64,000 bases of DNA from Terriglobia bacterium (GCA_020073545.1 JAIQEZ010000009.1:528-64527), one strand, 5' to 3'; counted from the first letter of the stretch, positions 39,666 to 49,550 are shown. Notes: generated from the sequence alone by a model not told the origin. Program-made: numbers and translations.

Positions 39666-40696
39666 GGCGACGGCTTACTCCCGGGTCCTGATACCTTGAT
39701 GAGGGGCGCCTGCTGCTCTTCTTTCGCCAGCTCCTTCACCTTGGCGAACTCGGAATCTGCTTCCTGTTTACGGCCCAAAGAACTCCACAGCCTGCCAAGC
39801 TGGTAATGCGCGTCTGGCTTCGACGGATCGATGCGGATCGCCTCACGAAAATGACGTTCGGCTCCGGTGGAGTCGTTCCTGCTCGCCAGAAGGATGCCGA
39901 GATCCAGATGCGCGAGCCGAAAATTCGGATCCAACTTCAACGCCCGCCGCAGATGTTCCTCGGCTTTTTTTTCGTTTCCCGCATGCATTTCTGCGTCGCC
40001 CAAATATGCCAAGGCCTGCGTGTGCTGCGGTTGATTGGTCAATTCCTCCTGGAATTCGCGGCGGGCGTCTTCGTACCGCTTCCGCTTCCAATAGAGGTAT
40101 CCAAGACCGAAGTGAACCTCGGGCTCGCGAGGCGAGGCTTTCACCGCAGCTTCAAACTCCGCCGTGGCCTGGTCTTCCTGGTTTGCCGCATCGAGCACTT
40201 CGCCCAACAGCATGTGAACGGGCGCGGAATCCGGATTCTTGGTCAGCAAAAACCGGAACTCATCGATCGCGCCCTGGTATTGTTTTGACCATAAGTAGCT
40301 TTGGGCCAGCTTGTATCGCAATTCCGTGTTCTCGGGCTGCTGCGCGGCCGCAAGTTTCAGTTGGGCCGCGGCGGCATCGAATCTGCGGCTGCCATAATAG
40401 CTCATCCCAAGCAACACTCGGGCCTGAAAACTGGTGGGGTCGGCGTTTGTGGCCTGTTCGAATGCGGAAGCGGCTTCGCGGAGCTTGCTCAGCTTAAAGT
40501 AGGCCAAGCCGAGATTCAGGTAAATGCCGGGCAGATGAGGATCCAGCGCGATGGCCGCCCGGTAATGCGGAATGGCAAGTTCGTACTTTCCCTGGCGCGC
40601 CAGCGCAAGGCCCGTGCTGGCCTCGGCCACAGCTCCAGGGTTAGTAGAAGCCCATAAGCATGCGGCACACGCCAGGACAGCCAGTACGGACTTCAC
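39662..40696 (-). CDS. Secreted TPR-repeat protein
   Basis: Signal-like VKSVLAVLACAACLWAS is followed by about 8 TPR units. The start was placed at GTG 40696 and is uncertain. The stop overlaps the ATG of the CRTAC1 gene (ATGA). Confidence 0.75.
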   Translation of the reverse strand: MKSVLAVLACAACLWASTNPGAVAEASTGLALARQGKYELAIPHYRAAIALDPHLPGIYLNLGLAYFKLSKLREAASAFEQATNADPTSFQARVLLGMSYYGSRRFDAAAAQLKLAAAQQPENTELRYKLAQSYLWSKQYQGAIDEFRFLLTKNPDSAPVHMLLGEVLDAANQEDQATAEFEAAVKASPREPEVHFGLGYLYWKRKRYEDARREFQEELTNQPQHTQALAYLGDAEMHAGNEKKAEEHLRRALKLDPNFRLAHLDLGILLASRNDSTGAERHFREAIRIDPSKPDAHYQLGRLWSSLGRKQEADSEFAKVKELAKEEQQAPLIKVSGPGSKPSP

Positions 40697-41476
40697 GAAA
40701 TCAATACGGAGGCTGTCATTCCTTTCGACGTGGCTGCGGCCACGTCTCCAGGTGCCTTGGAGGTGTAGGCAGGTTTTGCGTGGCGCCCTTGAAAATGGCC
40801 TATTCCGCGCACCGCAAACCGTCAATCTCTCGGACTTTACACCGGACATTCTCATGAACGCCCAAGGCACCGAGCCGGCGGCGATTCTCGACCCGCAATG
40901 TCGAGTCACGGATTCCGCCGGGATTTCCATTTTTGGCGTTGCGCTCCGGCGGAGTATACCATGAATGCGGACGGCCCTGAGCCTTCGAGATGTAGTTTAG
41001 CGGTTTCGGAAGCCAGAAGTCGGGAGGAGAACGAGAAACAACGGCAGGGCAGCTTCCAGGCCTGAGGTGAGGCGTTGGGAGAACTATTCCTGAACAGGAA
41101 ATCCTACAACGAGGCGCAGGCTGAACCGGAAAAAAACTTGGCGCTCGATTCTTCCCGCGCGCGGAACTCCGCCCTTGGGTGGCCGGCGGGAGCCAACGCA
41201 AGATTCAGCACATGCTGCCCAAGCTGGTTTCTCCCGGGGGGTGCCGTTTTCCGCCGACCAGACCATGAGTCCCGGCCAGCCTAGCGGGTGCCCTTGCACA
41301 CAAAGGAATCTCAGAAAACCCTCAGTTTGTACTTGCGGAGCCGGGTCAGCCACTATGCCCTACCGGCTTCTGCGATACGGTCCCCCTTCAAGCCTCTACT
41401 AAGGGCTTCACGACCCTATACAGCTCCCGCAATTGTTCGAAAGTGCAGTGACGGAGCAGTCCGTCTATATTCTTCC

Positions 41477-41710
41477 TCAAGACCTTCTCATCGCCTTCCT
41501 CCCTGTCAAGTCAAAAAAAGACCTACGGCGAAACCTGTAGGGCCTTCCGAGCGACATGACAGCATCGAAAGAGGGACGCTTCACTCCTCTTGCGATCTGG
41601 CCAAGCCATTTTGGATTCAAGCGGGCTCCTTCAGCGGCCTCTTCTTGGGTGAGTCTTCCTGCCTTCCTCACGGTACGCAGCCGCCTTCCGAAAAGCTCTA
41701 GCTGGTTCAT
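41477..41710 (-). CDS. XRE-family helix-turn-helix protein
   Basis: MNQLELFGRRLRTVRKAGRLTQEEAAEGARLNPKWLGQIARGVKRPSFD matches the HTH_XRE pattern. Confidence 0.6.
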   Translation of the reverse strand: MNQLELFGRRLRTVRKAGRLTQEEAAEGARLNPKWLGQIARGVKRPSFDAVMSLGRPYRFRRRSFFDLTGRKAMRRS

Positions 41711-42104
41711 CCATTCTCCCCTCCTAGACGTTAGCGGGAAGCAGGTCGGCCCATAGCGCATATCCTAGGTCGGCAAAGCCTCGTTCTTTCTTCGTGCTGA
41801 CCCCGCCTTGCGGGGTCAGTGCTAGGACGGCGCGCGAGGAACGCGGCCCGAAGCGAGGTGGTCATGCATTACCGAGAGCCTCCGGCTCCCGCCTTGACAG
41901 TGGATCTCGATTGACAGGTCTCGAAAGGAGTATGAGGTCAGAGAACTCTGCTGCCCGTTCCGCTGTCAGTTTCCTCTGACGACCCAAAGCCGAGAGTGCC
42001 GCGGACGACAAAATAGCCGAATCGGGGCCTCATGTTTGCCGCAAGTTAGCATCACAAAAGGGCTAAATCCTTGGCTGGCGACGGCCGATATAAAGAGGTG
42101 CCGC

Positions 42105-42450
42105 ATGACTGAACGCGGACCAACGCCGCGCGTCTTGTTCGCTGATGACAGACCCGCGGTGTACGAGCTACTGAGCGGAGTACTCCCTTAGGGAGACTAT
42201 GGGTGCAGGACAGATTCGGGTGGGACCGAGGCGTTCGAGTCGGTGTGGCAAGAAGGGAGGTCTCGGGTCTCGCGATGCCGCGAATTCTCGGTCCGAACCT
42301 CTCACGTGAAGCTCAAGACAGCTCTCAACGTAAGGGAGCTCTGGAGAGGGCTTGCGATGAATCCCTCCATGCCGCTGGAGATCCGTTCTTTGGGTTCAGT
42401 CGAGCATGTGACATGGCTTCTGTCCGTTTTTTACCCGGGCCCATTTGGAG
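42105..42450 (+). pseudogene. Decayed single-domain response regulator (REC)
   Basis: MTERGPTPRVLFADDRPAVYELLSGVLP runs into an in-frame TAG at 42189. REC-like sequence continues in frame (GTEAFESV), then only in another frame (GLAMPRILGPNLSRE...DESLHAAGDP...). That implies a nonsense mutation plus at least one frameshift. Confidence 0.4.
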
Positions 42451-42798
42451 CAGCAGATGCTCGCGAGCGGCGAGGAGTAGCAATCGGAGGGTGTTCGCCG
42501 GGTGGCCGAAAGCTGCGCGTAAGTCTAGGACCACTCTTTTGATGTTGAGAGAACAGGGGGTGATGTCTTTCCCGAGCTTTGCGGCGGTCTGTTGAGCACG
42601 AATCCCTATGCCAAGACCGGCGTAAGTTCTTGCTCCCAGGCGGTTGCTTCTCCAGGCAAAGCACAATGGGTGAGGTTATCTTTCATGACGATGCGATTGC
42701 GTGGAGACTTCCCGAAAACACTCGATGCTCCACCGCACCTCGATGGATTTATTTCCATGGTGCGGATGCGACATGTGCCATTTTGATACAGTTATGCT

Positions 42799-43467
42799 AT
42801 GGGCGGACCAACCGAGAAGAGCGTTGCAGGGGTCAAAGTTCCTGGATCTGGTGAAAGGACGCTCGTCTACATTCCGATTATCCACACCCAAGCGGATATG
42901 GGAGCGCTGAGCGAGTCAATCCAGCGCCTGAAGCTCAAGAGGCTAGGTAGAAAGGGCTGGGAGCGCAACGTGAATCTGGTCGGCCAATTGTGGGGCCAGA
43001 TCGAACAAGCCATCGAGAGTCTGACCCTTCCCTACGAACGGGTTCGTCTTTATCAGGACGGACTGCCGGTTTGTGGTCGCGAGGTGGAGATTGTTACGGA
43101 GCTCGCAAAGGCGGGGAGCCGGAACCATCGGCTGCTTCTTCGCTTAAGGGAGAAGGGCGCCACGATCATGGGCACGGAATCCTCCCAGCTCCTGGTGGAG
43201 GAATATCAACTCGTCAAGGAGGTTTTCGCTTCCGCGAAGCCTGCGGTCGCCACCCGAGGAGGGGCGCGCCAGGCAGCCTTGCGGGATTCCTTGCTCAAAC
43301 GGCGTGATCAATATATTGCCCGCCGGATCAACGACACGCTTCTCCCGGGGGAAACAGGCCTGATCTTCCTGGGAATGCTTCATGCCGCGGGGCACTGGCT
43401 GGATGCGGACATCCGAGTCGTCCATCCGCTTCATCAACCCTTGGATCGTGGAGAGAGGAAACCGTGA
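42799..43467 (+). CDS. Hypothetical protein, first gene of gvp block 1
   Basis: 222-aa ORF. Its stop overlaps the GTG start of the sigma-54 activator (GTGA at 43464-43467). No motif was recognised. Confidence 0.6.
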   Translation: MGGPTEKSVAGVKVPGSGERTLVYIPIIHTQADMGALSESIQRLKLKRLGRKGWERNVNLVGQLWGQIEQAIESLTLPYERVRLYQDGLPVCGREVEIVTELAKAGSRNHRLLLRLREKGATIMGTESSQLLVEEYQLVKEVFASAKPAVATRGGARQAALRDSLLKRRDQYIARRINDTLLPGETGLIFLGMLHAAGHWLDADIRVVHPLHQPLDRGERKP

Positions 43468-44873
43468 AACCCCTGGGAAGCAAGATCCTCATTTCGGACG
43501 ATAAAACCGAGATTCGAGCCATCCTTTCCGAATACATGGAGCGTGAGGGACTAACCCCCGTGGTGGCGCAGACTGGGCAAGAGGCCATGGAGAGGATCCG
43601 CGCGGAACATCCCGACGTTCTAATCGCAGATTTGAAGCTGCCCGATATGGACGGGATGCAAATCATGAAAGGAGCGAAAGCCCTGGACGAGGACCTCCCG
43701 GTCATTCTGATTACGGGCTTCCCGGACATTCGGGGCGCCGTGGCGGCCATGCGGGCTGGCGCTCACGATTACCTGGCGAAACCTCTCAAACACCACGAGG
43801 TGCTGCGCGTAGTCTTACGCGCGCTGAACGAACGCGCGCTCAAGCGCAAGCTCCGGCGCCTGTCCTCCCAGATTCAGGATAAGTCTTCGCTCCGAGAGAC
43901 CATGGGGCCCAGCGATGCCGTGGGCCGGTTGATCTCCGATGTAGGCCGGGTAGCCAGAACCAACTTCAGCGTCTTGATTCTGGGGGAAACCGGCTCGGGG
44001 AAAGAGTTGGTGGCACACGCCATCCATCAGAGCAGCCTTCGCTGCGAGGCAGCTTTCATGGCAGTCGATTGCGGGGCCATCCCGGAAACGCTTTTGGAAA
44101 GCGAATTGTTTGGCCACGAAAAGGGGGCCTACACCGGAGCCGACCGACAGAAGATCGGCAAGATCGAAATGGCCCGTGACGGAACACTCTTCCTGGACGA
44201 AATCTCCAACATGCCTCTCGGTTCCCAGGCCAAACTCCTGCGCGTGCTGCAGGAGAAGACGATTTGCCGCATCGGCGGCGCGCAGCCCATCAGCGCGGAT
44301 GTCCGCGTTCTGGCGGCCAGCAACCAGGACTTGCATCGCTTGGGGGAATCGGGCTCATTTCGCCGTGACGTCTATTTTCGGTTGAACGAATTCACCATCT
44401 GGGTTCCGCCCTTGCGGGAACGCCAGGAGGACATTCTCTATCTGGCCAAGCGGTTCATGGATCTCACCAGTCTTGAGTTGCAGAAGAAGGTGAAGGGCAT
44501 GACGCAGCCGGCGGTGGACGCTCTGCTCGCCTATCCCTGGCCCGGCAATGTTCGGCAGCTCCGTTCCATGATCCGCCGGGCGGCGCTTTTGGCGGACGAT
44601 ATGATCACCGAGCAGCACCTGGGGATGGATTGGGTATCCCCCCAACCCGCAAGTCCGGGCCCGGGATGCAGCCAGGAAACTCAGGACACACCCCAGGGAG
44701 ACCTTTCCCTCAAAGAAATCAAGCATCGTAAGATCGTCGCCATGGAGCGGGAGATCTTGGCTCAAGTGTTGCGGGAAACGGGCGGGAATAAGGCGAAAGC
44801 CGCTCGCTTGCTTCACATCGATTATAAAACCATCTATTCAAAAATCAGGCAATACGGTATCTCGGTAGACTGA
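43464..44873 (+). CDS. Sigma-54-dependent response regulator (REC + AAA+ + Fis-type HTH; NtrC class)
   Basis: REC domain (ISDDK...VLIADLKLPDMDG...YLAKP), Walker A GETGSGKE, a GAYTGA variant of the GAFTGA loop, and C-terminal HTH GNKAKAARLLHIDYKTIYSKIRQYGI. Confidence 0.9.
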   Translation: MKPLGSKILISDDKTEIRAILSEYMEREGLTPVVAQTGQEAMERIRAEHPDVLIADLKLPDMDGMQIMKGAKALDEDLPVILITGFPDIRGAVAAMRAGAHDYLAKPLKHHEVLRVVLRALNERALKRKLRRLSSQIQDKSSLRETMGPSDAVGRLISDVGRVARTNFSVLILGETGSGKELVAHAIHQSSLRCEAAFMAVDCGAIPETLLESELFGHEKGAYTGADRQKIGKIEMARDGTLFLDEISNMPLGSQAKLLRVLQEKTICRIGGAQPISADVRVLAASNQDLHRLGESGSFRRDVYFRLNEFTIWVPPLRERQEDILYLAKRFMDLTSLELQKKVKGMTQPAVDALLAYPWPGNVRQLRSMIRRAALLADDMITEQHLGMDWVSPQPASPGPGCSQETQDTPQGDLSLKEIKHRKIVAMEREILAQVLRETGGNKAKAARLLHIDYKTIYSKIRQYGISVD

Positions 44874-44890
44874 AAGGAATAAGGTGCGTT

Positions 44891-45409
44891 ATGACGGAAA
44901 AGAGAAGAGACCAAACTTCACACGGCGGGATGGAAGGCGGCCTCGGGGGGATCCTCAAGGGCCTGGGAGACCTGGTGGAAAAGCTCGGCGAACTGGACGA
45001 AACCGGTCAAGAGCTTTCCAAAACGGGAGAAATTAACGGTCCCGGGAAACAGCTCCGAGGGATTTACGGATTCACCGTTAAGGTCGGGCTGGGCGATCAA
45101 GGGCCTCGCATCGAGCCCTTCGGAAATATTCGCCGAGACATCAAATCCGGGCGAACCGAGGTTCAGGAGGTCCGTGAACCCATGGTCGATATCTTTGAGG
45201 AAGACGACCACCTGCTGGTTTTGGCGGAGTTGCCCGGCATCGGCAAGGAGAACCTGCGGATTGACCTCAAGGACGATGTGCTGACGATTTCCGCCGAGAA
45301 AAGGGACAAGAAGTACCGCAAGGAGGTCCTCTTGCCCCGCAGCGTCTCCAAGGAAAAGATGCAGATCTCGTGTAACAACGGGGTCTTGGAAATTGAATGT
45401 CCTAAGTAA
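44891..45409 (+). CDS. Hsp20/alpha-crystallin family small heat shock protein (GvpH-like position)
   Basis: 172 aa. EPMVDIFEEDDHLLVLAELPGIGKENLRIDLKDDVLTISAEKRDKKYRKEVLLP...NNGVLEIE is an alpha-crystallin domain. Confidence 0.85.
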   Translation: MTEKRRDQTSHGGMEGGLGGILKGLGDLVEKLGELDETGQELSKTGEINGPGKQLRGIYGFTVKVGLGDQGPRIEPFGNIRRDIKSGRTEVQEVREPMVDIFEEDDHLLVLAELPGIGKENLRIDLKDDVLTISAEKRDKKYRKEVLLPRSVSKEKMQISCNNGVLEIECPK

Positions 45410-45426
45410 CTCCCTAGAAAGGCGCC

Positions 45427-47583
45427 ATGAGTGAAGCCGGAGAGAAGTCTCTCAAACTCAAAGTCAGCGAGGCCCTCAGCAAGGACGTGAGCCGGGCTTA
45501 CGCCCGCTTGGGGCCGGAGGACCTCGCGCGCTTGCAGATCGATGTCGGCGACATCGTGGAAGTGGTGGGCAAGGGCAGGACGGTCTGCAAAGCGATGCCG
45601 GCTTACAAGGAGTTGCGCGGTCAGTCCCGGATTCAACTGGACGGACTCACGCGCGAGAATGCCGGGACAGGGCTCGATGAATTCGTTCGAGTGCGCAAAA
45701 TTGCGTGCCCGCCCGCCGAACGCGTGGTGCTGGCCCCCACGAACGTTACTCCTTCCGAGCGCGATTTGGATTACATCGGCAGCCGCCTCGATGGCCTGCC
45801 TGTCCTAGCCGAGAACCGCATCCGGGCCATCCTCTTTGGCGCCCGCTGGGCGGATTTTAAGGTGGAAAGCACCGTGCCCAAGGGTCCAGCCCTCATTCAC
45901 CCGACGACACAACTCGTGATCTCCAAAGGGGCTCAATCCGAAGAGGTGTCCGCCCGTGCGATTTCCTACGAAGACATCGGCGGACTGAGGCCCCAACTCC
46001 AGCGCATCCGCGAAATGATTGAGCTCCCCTTGCGTTACCCCGAGGTCTTCGAACGCCTGGGGATTGATGCGCCAAAAGGTGTGCTTCTGCACGGACCTCC
46101 CGGATGCGGAAAGACGCTTATTGCCCGGGCGATTGCCCATGAGACCCAGGCGAACTTTTTTGCCGTCAGCGGGCCCGAAATCATCCATAAGTTTTACGGG
46201 GAGAGTGAAGCCCATTTGCGGAAGATCTTTGAAGAGGGCAGCCGCAAGGCCCCCAGCATCATCTTCCTGGATGAGATCGACGCCATTGCCCCGCGACGCG
46301 AGCAAGTCGTGGGCGAGGTCGAGAAGCGGGTAGTCGCCCAGCTCTTGGCGTTGATGGACGGGCTCGCCAAGCGCCGGAAGGTTATCGTCATTGCCGCGAC
46401 CAACCTGCCTAACATGCTCGATCCGGCTTTGCGGCGGCCGGGCCGGTTCGACCGCGAGATTGCCATCCCCATTCCTGACCGTAACGGACGGTTGCAGATC
46501 CTCGAGATTCACAGTCACGGCATGCCTCTCGCCGAAAAGGTGGACTTGAATCACTTGGCGGAGATCACGCACGGTTTTGTGGGGGCCGACCTCGAAGCTC
46601 TTTGCCGCGAAGCCGCGATGATCTGCCTGCGGCACATCATGCCTGACGTGGACTTTGGCTTGGCGCAGATTCCTTATGCGCAACTGGCCAAGCTCGAGGT
46701 GGGAATGGACGATTTCCTGGAGGCCCTGCGGGATATTGAGCCTTCGGCGCTGCGCGAAGTGTTTGTGGAGGTTCCCGACGTGCACTGGAACGACGTCGGG
46801 GGGCTGGCCGAGGTCAAACAGCGCCTCGTGGAAGCCGTCGAGTGGCCTCTCCAGCACCCGGAGCTGTTCACCCAGGCGGGGATCCGGCCACCCAAGGGAA
46901 TCCTGCTATCGGGCTCCCCAGGCTGCGGAAAAACTCTCCTCGCTAAAGCGGTTGCCAGCGAAACCAAGGTGAACTTCATCTCCGTCAAAGGGCCGGAATT
47001 GCTCTCCAAGTATGTGGGGGAATCGGAGAAAGGCGTGCGCGAGGTATTTCGCAAGGCGCGCCAAGCCGCTCCCTGCATCGTTTTTTTCGATGAGATTGAC
47101 GCCCTTGTGCCCAGCCGGAGCGCTGGATCGTCCGACTCGCACGTGGCTGAGCGTGTCCTGAGCCAGTTTCTCGCGGAATTGGACGGGGTGGAAGAGCTGA
47201 AAGGAGTCTTGGTTCTTGGCGCGACCAACCGTTCAGACCTGCTGGATCCCGCTGCTCTCAGGCCCGGCCGGTTTGACGAGATTGTGGAAATTCCGGCCCC
47301 CGACGAGGAGGGGCGCCGCGAGATTTTCGCTATCCATCTGCGAAACAAACCTCTCGGCCGGGGCATCAGCGTGAAGGAACTGGCCTCCCGAACTGACGGG
47401 TTCGGCGGCGCCGACATCAGTTCGGTTTGCACTCGCGCCGCTCGCCGCGCCGTCCGGCGAGCCGTTCAGGCGGGCGAAAAAGCACCCGCCGACAAGGTGC
47501 GGGTGATTATCGAGGTCAGCGACCTCGAGGCGACGCTGGAAGAGACTCGCCAGCAGACTCTCAAAGAGATTGGTGAACGGTAG
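45427..47583 (+). CDS. Cdc48/VAT-like double-ring AAA+ ATPase
   Basis: 718 aa. The CDC48_N-like N-domain (LKLKVSEA...DVGDIVEVVGKGRTVCKAMP...IQLDGLTRENAG) is followed by two AAA modules with GPPGCGKT and GSPGCGKT Walker A motifs. Confidence 0.9.
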   Translation: MSEAGEKSLKLKVSEALSKDVSRAYARLGPEDLARLQIDVGDIVEVVGKGRTVCKAMPAYKELRGQSRIQLDGLTRENAGTGLDEFVRVRKIACPPAERVVLAPTNVTPSERDLDYIGSRLDGLPVLAENRIRAILFGARWADFKVESTVPKGPALIHPTTQLVISKGAQSEEVSARAISYEDIGGLRPQLQRIREMIELPLRYPEVFERLGIDAPKGVLLHGPPGCGKTLIARAIAHETQANFFAVSGPEIIHKFYGESEAHLRKIFEEGSRKAPSIIFLDEIDAIAPRREQVVGEVEKRVVAQLLALMDGLAKRRKVIVIAATNLPNMLDPALRRPGRFDREIAIPIPDRNGRLQILEIHSHGMPLAEKVDLNHLAEITHGFVGADLEALCREAAMICLRHIMPDVDFGLAQIPYAQLAKLEVGMDDFLEALRDIEPSALREVFVEVPDVHWNDVGGLAEVKQRLVEAVEWPLQHPELFTQAGIRPPKGILLSGSPGCGKTLLAKAVASETKVNFISVKGPELLSKYVGESEKGVREVFRKARQAAPCIVFFDEIDALVPSRSAGSSDSHVAERVLSQFLAELDGVEELKGVLVLGATNRSDLLDPAALRPGRFDEIVEIPAPDEEGRREIFAIHLRNKPLGRGISVKELASRTDGFGGADISSVCTRAARRAVRRAVQAGEKAPADKVRVIIEVSDLEATLEETRQQTLKEIGER

Positions 47584-48402
47584 ATGAAGAAGATTGAGGG
47601 GGCGCTCTATCTTTTTTGCTTTGCCCGCGCGGACCTCGTCGGCGAGCTCGAGGGGACGGGTGTGGATGGCCACCATCCCCTTTTCGTCCTACGAGGCTCG
47701 CCGGATCTAGGTGCGGTCGTCAGCGAGGTGCGCCTGGAAGATTTCTGCGGCCCGGTGGCGGAACTTCGAATGCAAGACCTGGCTTGGGTAGGGCCACGCG
47801 CCTTCCGCCACGAGGCCGTAGTCGAGCAGGTGATGCGTCATTCTCCCGTGCTGCCTGCCCGCTTCGGAACCCTTTTCTCATCGCAGGAAAGCTTGGCGGA
47901 ATTTCTTGCTACACATCGCAAGACCATTTCGCAGTTTCTCGAGCGGGTGGCCGACCAAGAAGAATGGTCAATCAAGGGGCTGCTCGACAGAAAGCAAGCC
48001 CTGCAGGCCCTCATGTCCGGAAGCTTGGCCGCGCAACAGGTGCAGCTTGCCGCGCTGCCTCCGGGAACCCGTTACTTTCAAGAACAGCGCATCCGATCGG
48101 CTGCGGAGAAGGAACTGAGCCGCTGGCTAAACGAAACCTGCCGGCAAGTCGCGAGCGACATGAGGAAGCAGGCTTCGGATTTCCGCGAATGCCAAGTTGT
48201 ACCTCGCGAGCCCCCAGAGAGCGGAACCGAGGTTGTGCTGAATTGGGCCTTTCTACTCCCGAGGAGTGCGACCACGGCATTTCGCTTGCGAATCGATCGG
48301 GTGAACGAAACCCATGCCACCCCGGGGCTGGTTTTCGAACTCTCCGGGCCCTGGCCCCCATATCGCTTCGTTCCTCCCCTATCGATGGGAACGGCCCCAT
48401 GA
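47584..48402 (+). CDS. GvpL/GvpF-family gas vesicle protein (copy 1)
   Basis: The N-terminus YLFCFARADL...GAVVSEVRLEDF...HEAVVEQVMRHSPVLPARFGTLF and the C-terminus LSGPWPPYRF are GvpF/L hallmarks. The ATG directly follows the Cdc48 stop. Confidence 0.85.
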   Translation: MKKIEGALYLFCFARADLVGELEGTGVDGHHPLFVLRGSPDLGAVVSEVRLEDFCGPVAELRMQDLAWVGPRAFRHEAVVEQVMRHSPVLPARFGTLFSSQESLAEFLATHRKTISQFLERVADQEEWSIKGLLDRKQALQALMSGSLAAQQVQLAALPPGTRYFQEQRIRSAAEKELSRWLNETCRQVASDMRKQASDFRECQVVPREPPESGTEVVLNWAFLLPRSATTAFRLRIDRVNETHATPGLVFELSGPWPPYRFVPPLSMGTAP

Positions 48403-49172
48403 GTTGCCTGCTTTACTGCATCTTCCGCAGCCCGGCACAGCCAAGACCCGGAATACCTCCCGGCGTCGGAGGGAAACCGGCATTCGTGGTGACGCGGAAT
48501 GGTTTGAGCGCAGGGCTTTCCGAGCTTGCGGAATCGGACCGGGTTCCTGATATCCCACAAATCCTCGCCTACGAAAGGGTGGTTGAATTCTTCTGTCGCG
48601 ACCTCACCATAATCCCCGTGCGGTATGGATGTCAGCTTGAAGACGCACGCGGGGCCCTCCGGTTGCTGGAAAGACACCGCGAGGAATACAGCGCGCTTCT
48701 CGACGAACTCGAGGGCCTAGGGGAGATGGGCATCCATCTTCTCCTCGACGGTTCCCGAGATGCAACGGAGAACGATGCACTGCCTGTCGCTCCCCAATCC
48801 TTTCCCCTTCCCTGTAGTTCCGGTGCTGCCTACCTTGCAGCAAAGCGACAACGTTATTTGGGTCTGGACCGGTTAGCCCTGCACGAGCGCTTGTTGGTGG
48901 ACGAGGTTTGCGGCTCCCTGTCCGGCCTCTTCGTCCGGCACAAGGTGGAATTTCCCGACTCGACCAGGAACCAACTGCTCTCCCTTTATTTCCTCGTGCC
49001 CCGCGGTTATGTCGAATCCTTTCGCCAAGCCGCTCGCAACCTCCGCTCGAAGGAGCCCGTCAAGCTGCTCTTGAGTGGCCCCTGGCCACCCTACAACTTC
49101 GTTCATTCCCTCGAAACGGCGATCCTGCCGCCACACGCTAGCCCCGAAAACAGCCTGCCCCTCAAAGGGTGA
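48399..49172 (+). CDS. GvpL/GvpF-family gas vesicle protein (copy 2)
   Basis: The ATG at 48399 overlaps the upstream stop (ATGA). MSCLLYCIFRS...ILAYERVVEFFCRDLTIIPVRYGC...LLSGPWPPYNF. The N-terminal half of the 518-aa track ORF is out-of-frame overlap. Confidence 0.8.
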   Translation: MSCLLYCIFRSPAQPRPGIPPGVGGKPAFVVTRNGLSAGLSELAESDRVPDIPQILAYERVVEFFCRDLTIIPVRYGCQLEDARGALRLLERHREEYSALLDELEGLGEMGIHLLLDGSRDATENDALPVAPQSFPLPCSSGAAYLAAKRQRYLGLDRLALHERLLVDEVCGSLSGLFVRHKVEFPDSTRNQLLSLYFLVPRGYVESFRQAARNLRSKEPVKLLLSGPWPPYNFVHSLETAILPPHASPENSLPLKG

Positions 49173-49358
49173 CCACTGGGGACTACCTACCCCGCAACTA
49201 GCGCCTGCATTGTATGGAGTGAATTCCTCAATGACCTGTTCCAGGTGCAACAATTCTCCCCGCGATGGCGCCTTTCTCTTTCGAATCAAGCTTTTCGGGA
49301 GGGAAGTATGCACTTTACGCAAGGGGTCGGCTTTCTAGCTAGCATGGCGCACCACCGA

Positions 49359-49550
49359 TTACTTCGGCCATCCCTCGGGCGGTTTCTTCTTCGCCAGCGA
49401 CTTCTTTATTGCCTGCTTCCAGTTGCCCTTAACCTTGAGGAGTTCCGGCTTTGGGCCTGGAGCGGCCTTATCCTGGCGCATGGTATTTTTGCTTTTCTTT
49501 CTCCGGTTATTTATGGGCTTAGGAAACATAGTACTTTTGTACCTTGACAA
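49359..49550 (-). CDS. Possible small basic hypothetical protein
   Basis: A 63-aa Lys/Arg-rich ORF in the lower-GC insertion. No motif was recognised. Confidence 0.25.
   Translation of the reverse strand: MSRYKSTMFPKPINNRRKKSKNTMRQDKAAPGPKPELLKVKGNWKQAIKKSLAKKKPPEGWPK

Noticed and set aside
41797-41821. A perfect 10-bp hairpin ctgaccccgc-cttg-gcggggtcag as a terminator
   Set aside because: No T-tract follows it on either strand in the transcriptional direction of a neighbouring gene. Its function is unclear.
42325-42666. The 113-aa minus-strand ORF as a possible transposase fragment
   Set aside because: No recognisable motif. It overlaps the decayed REC region and looks like a shadow ORF.
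42560-42798. A second sigma-54 promoter upstream of gvp block 1 (also checked upstream of 52956, 53385, 53868 and 55282)
   Set aside because: No GG-N10-GC element with TGGCA/TTGC context was found by eye in these regions. Only the gvpA upstream site fits.
47616-48398. The N-terminal half of the 518-aa ORF 47616..49172
   Set aside because: It is an out-of-frame overlap of gvpF/L copy 1 with Arg/Pro/Gly-rich nonsense composition. The genuine gene starts at ATG 48399, which overlaps the upstream stop.
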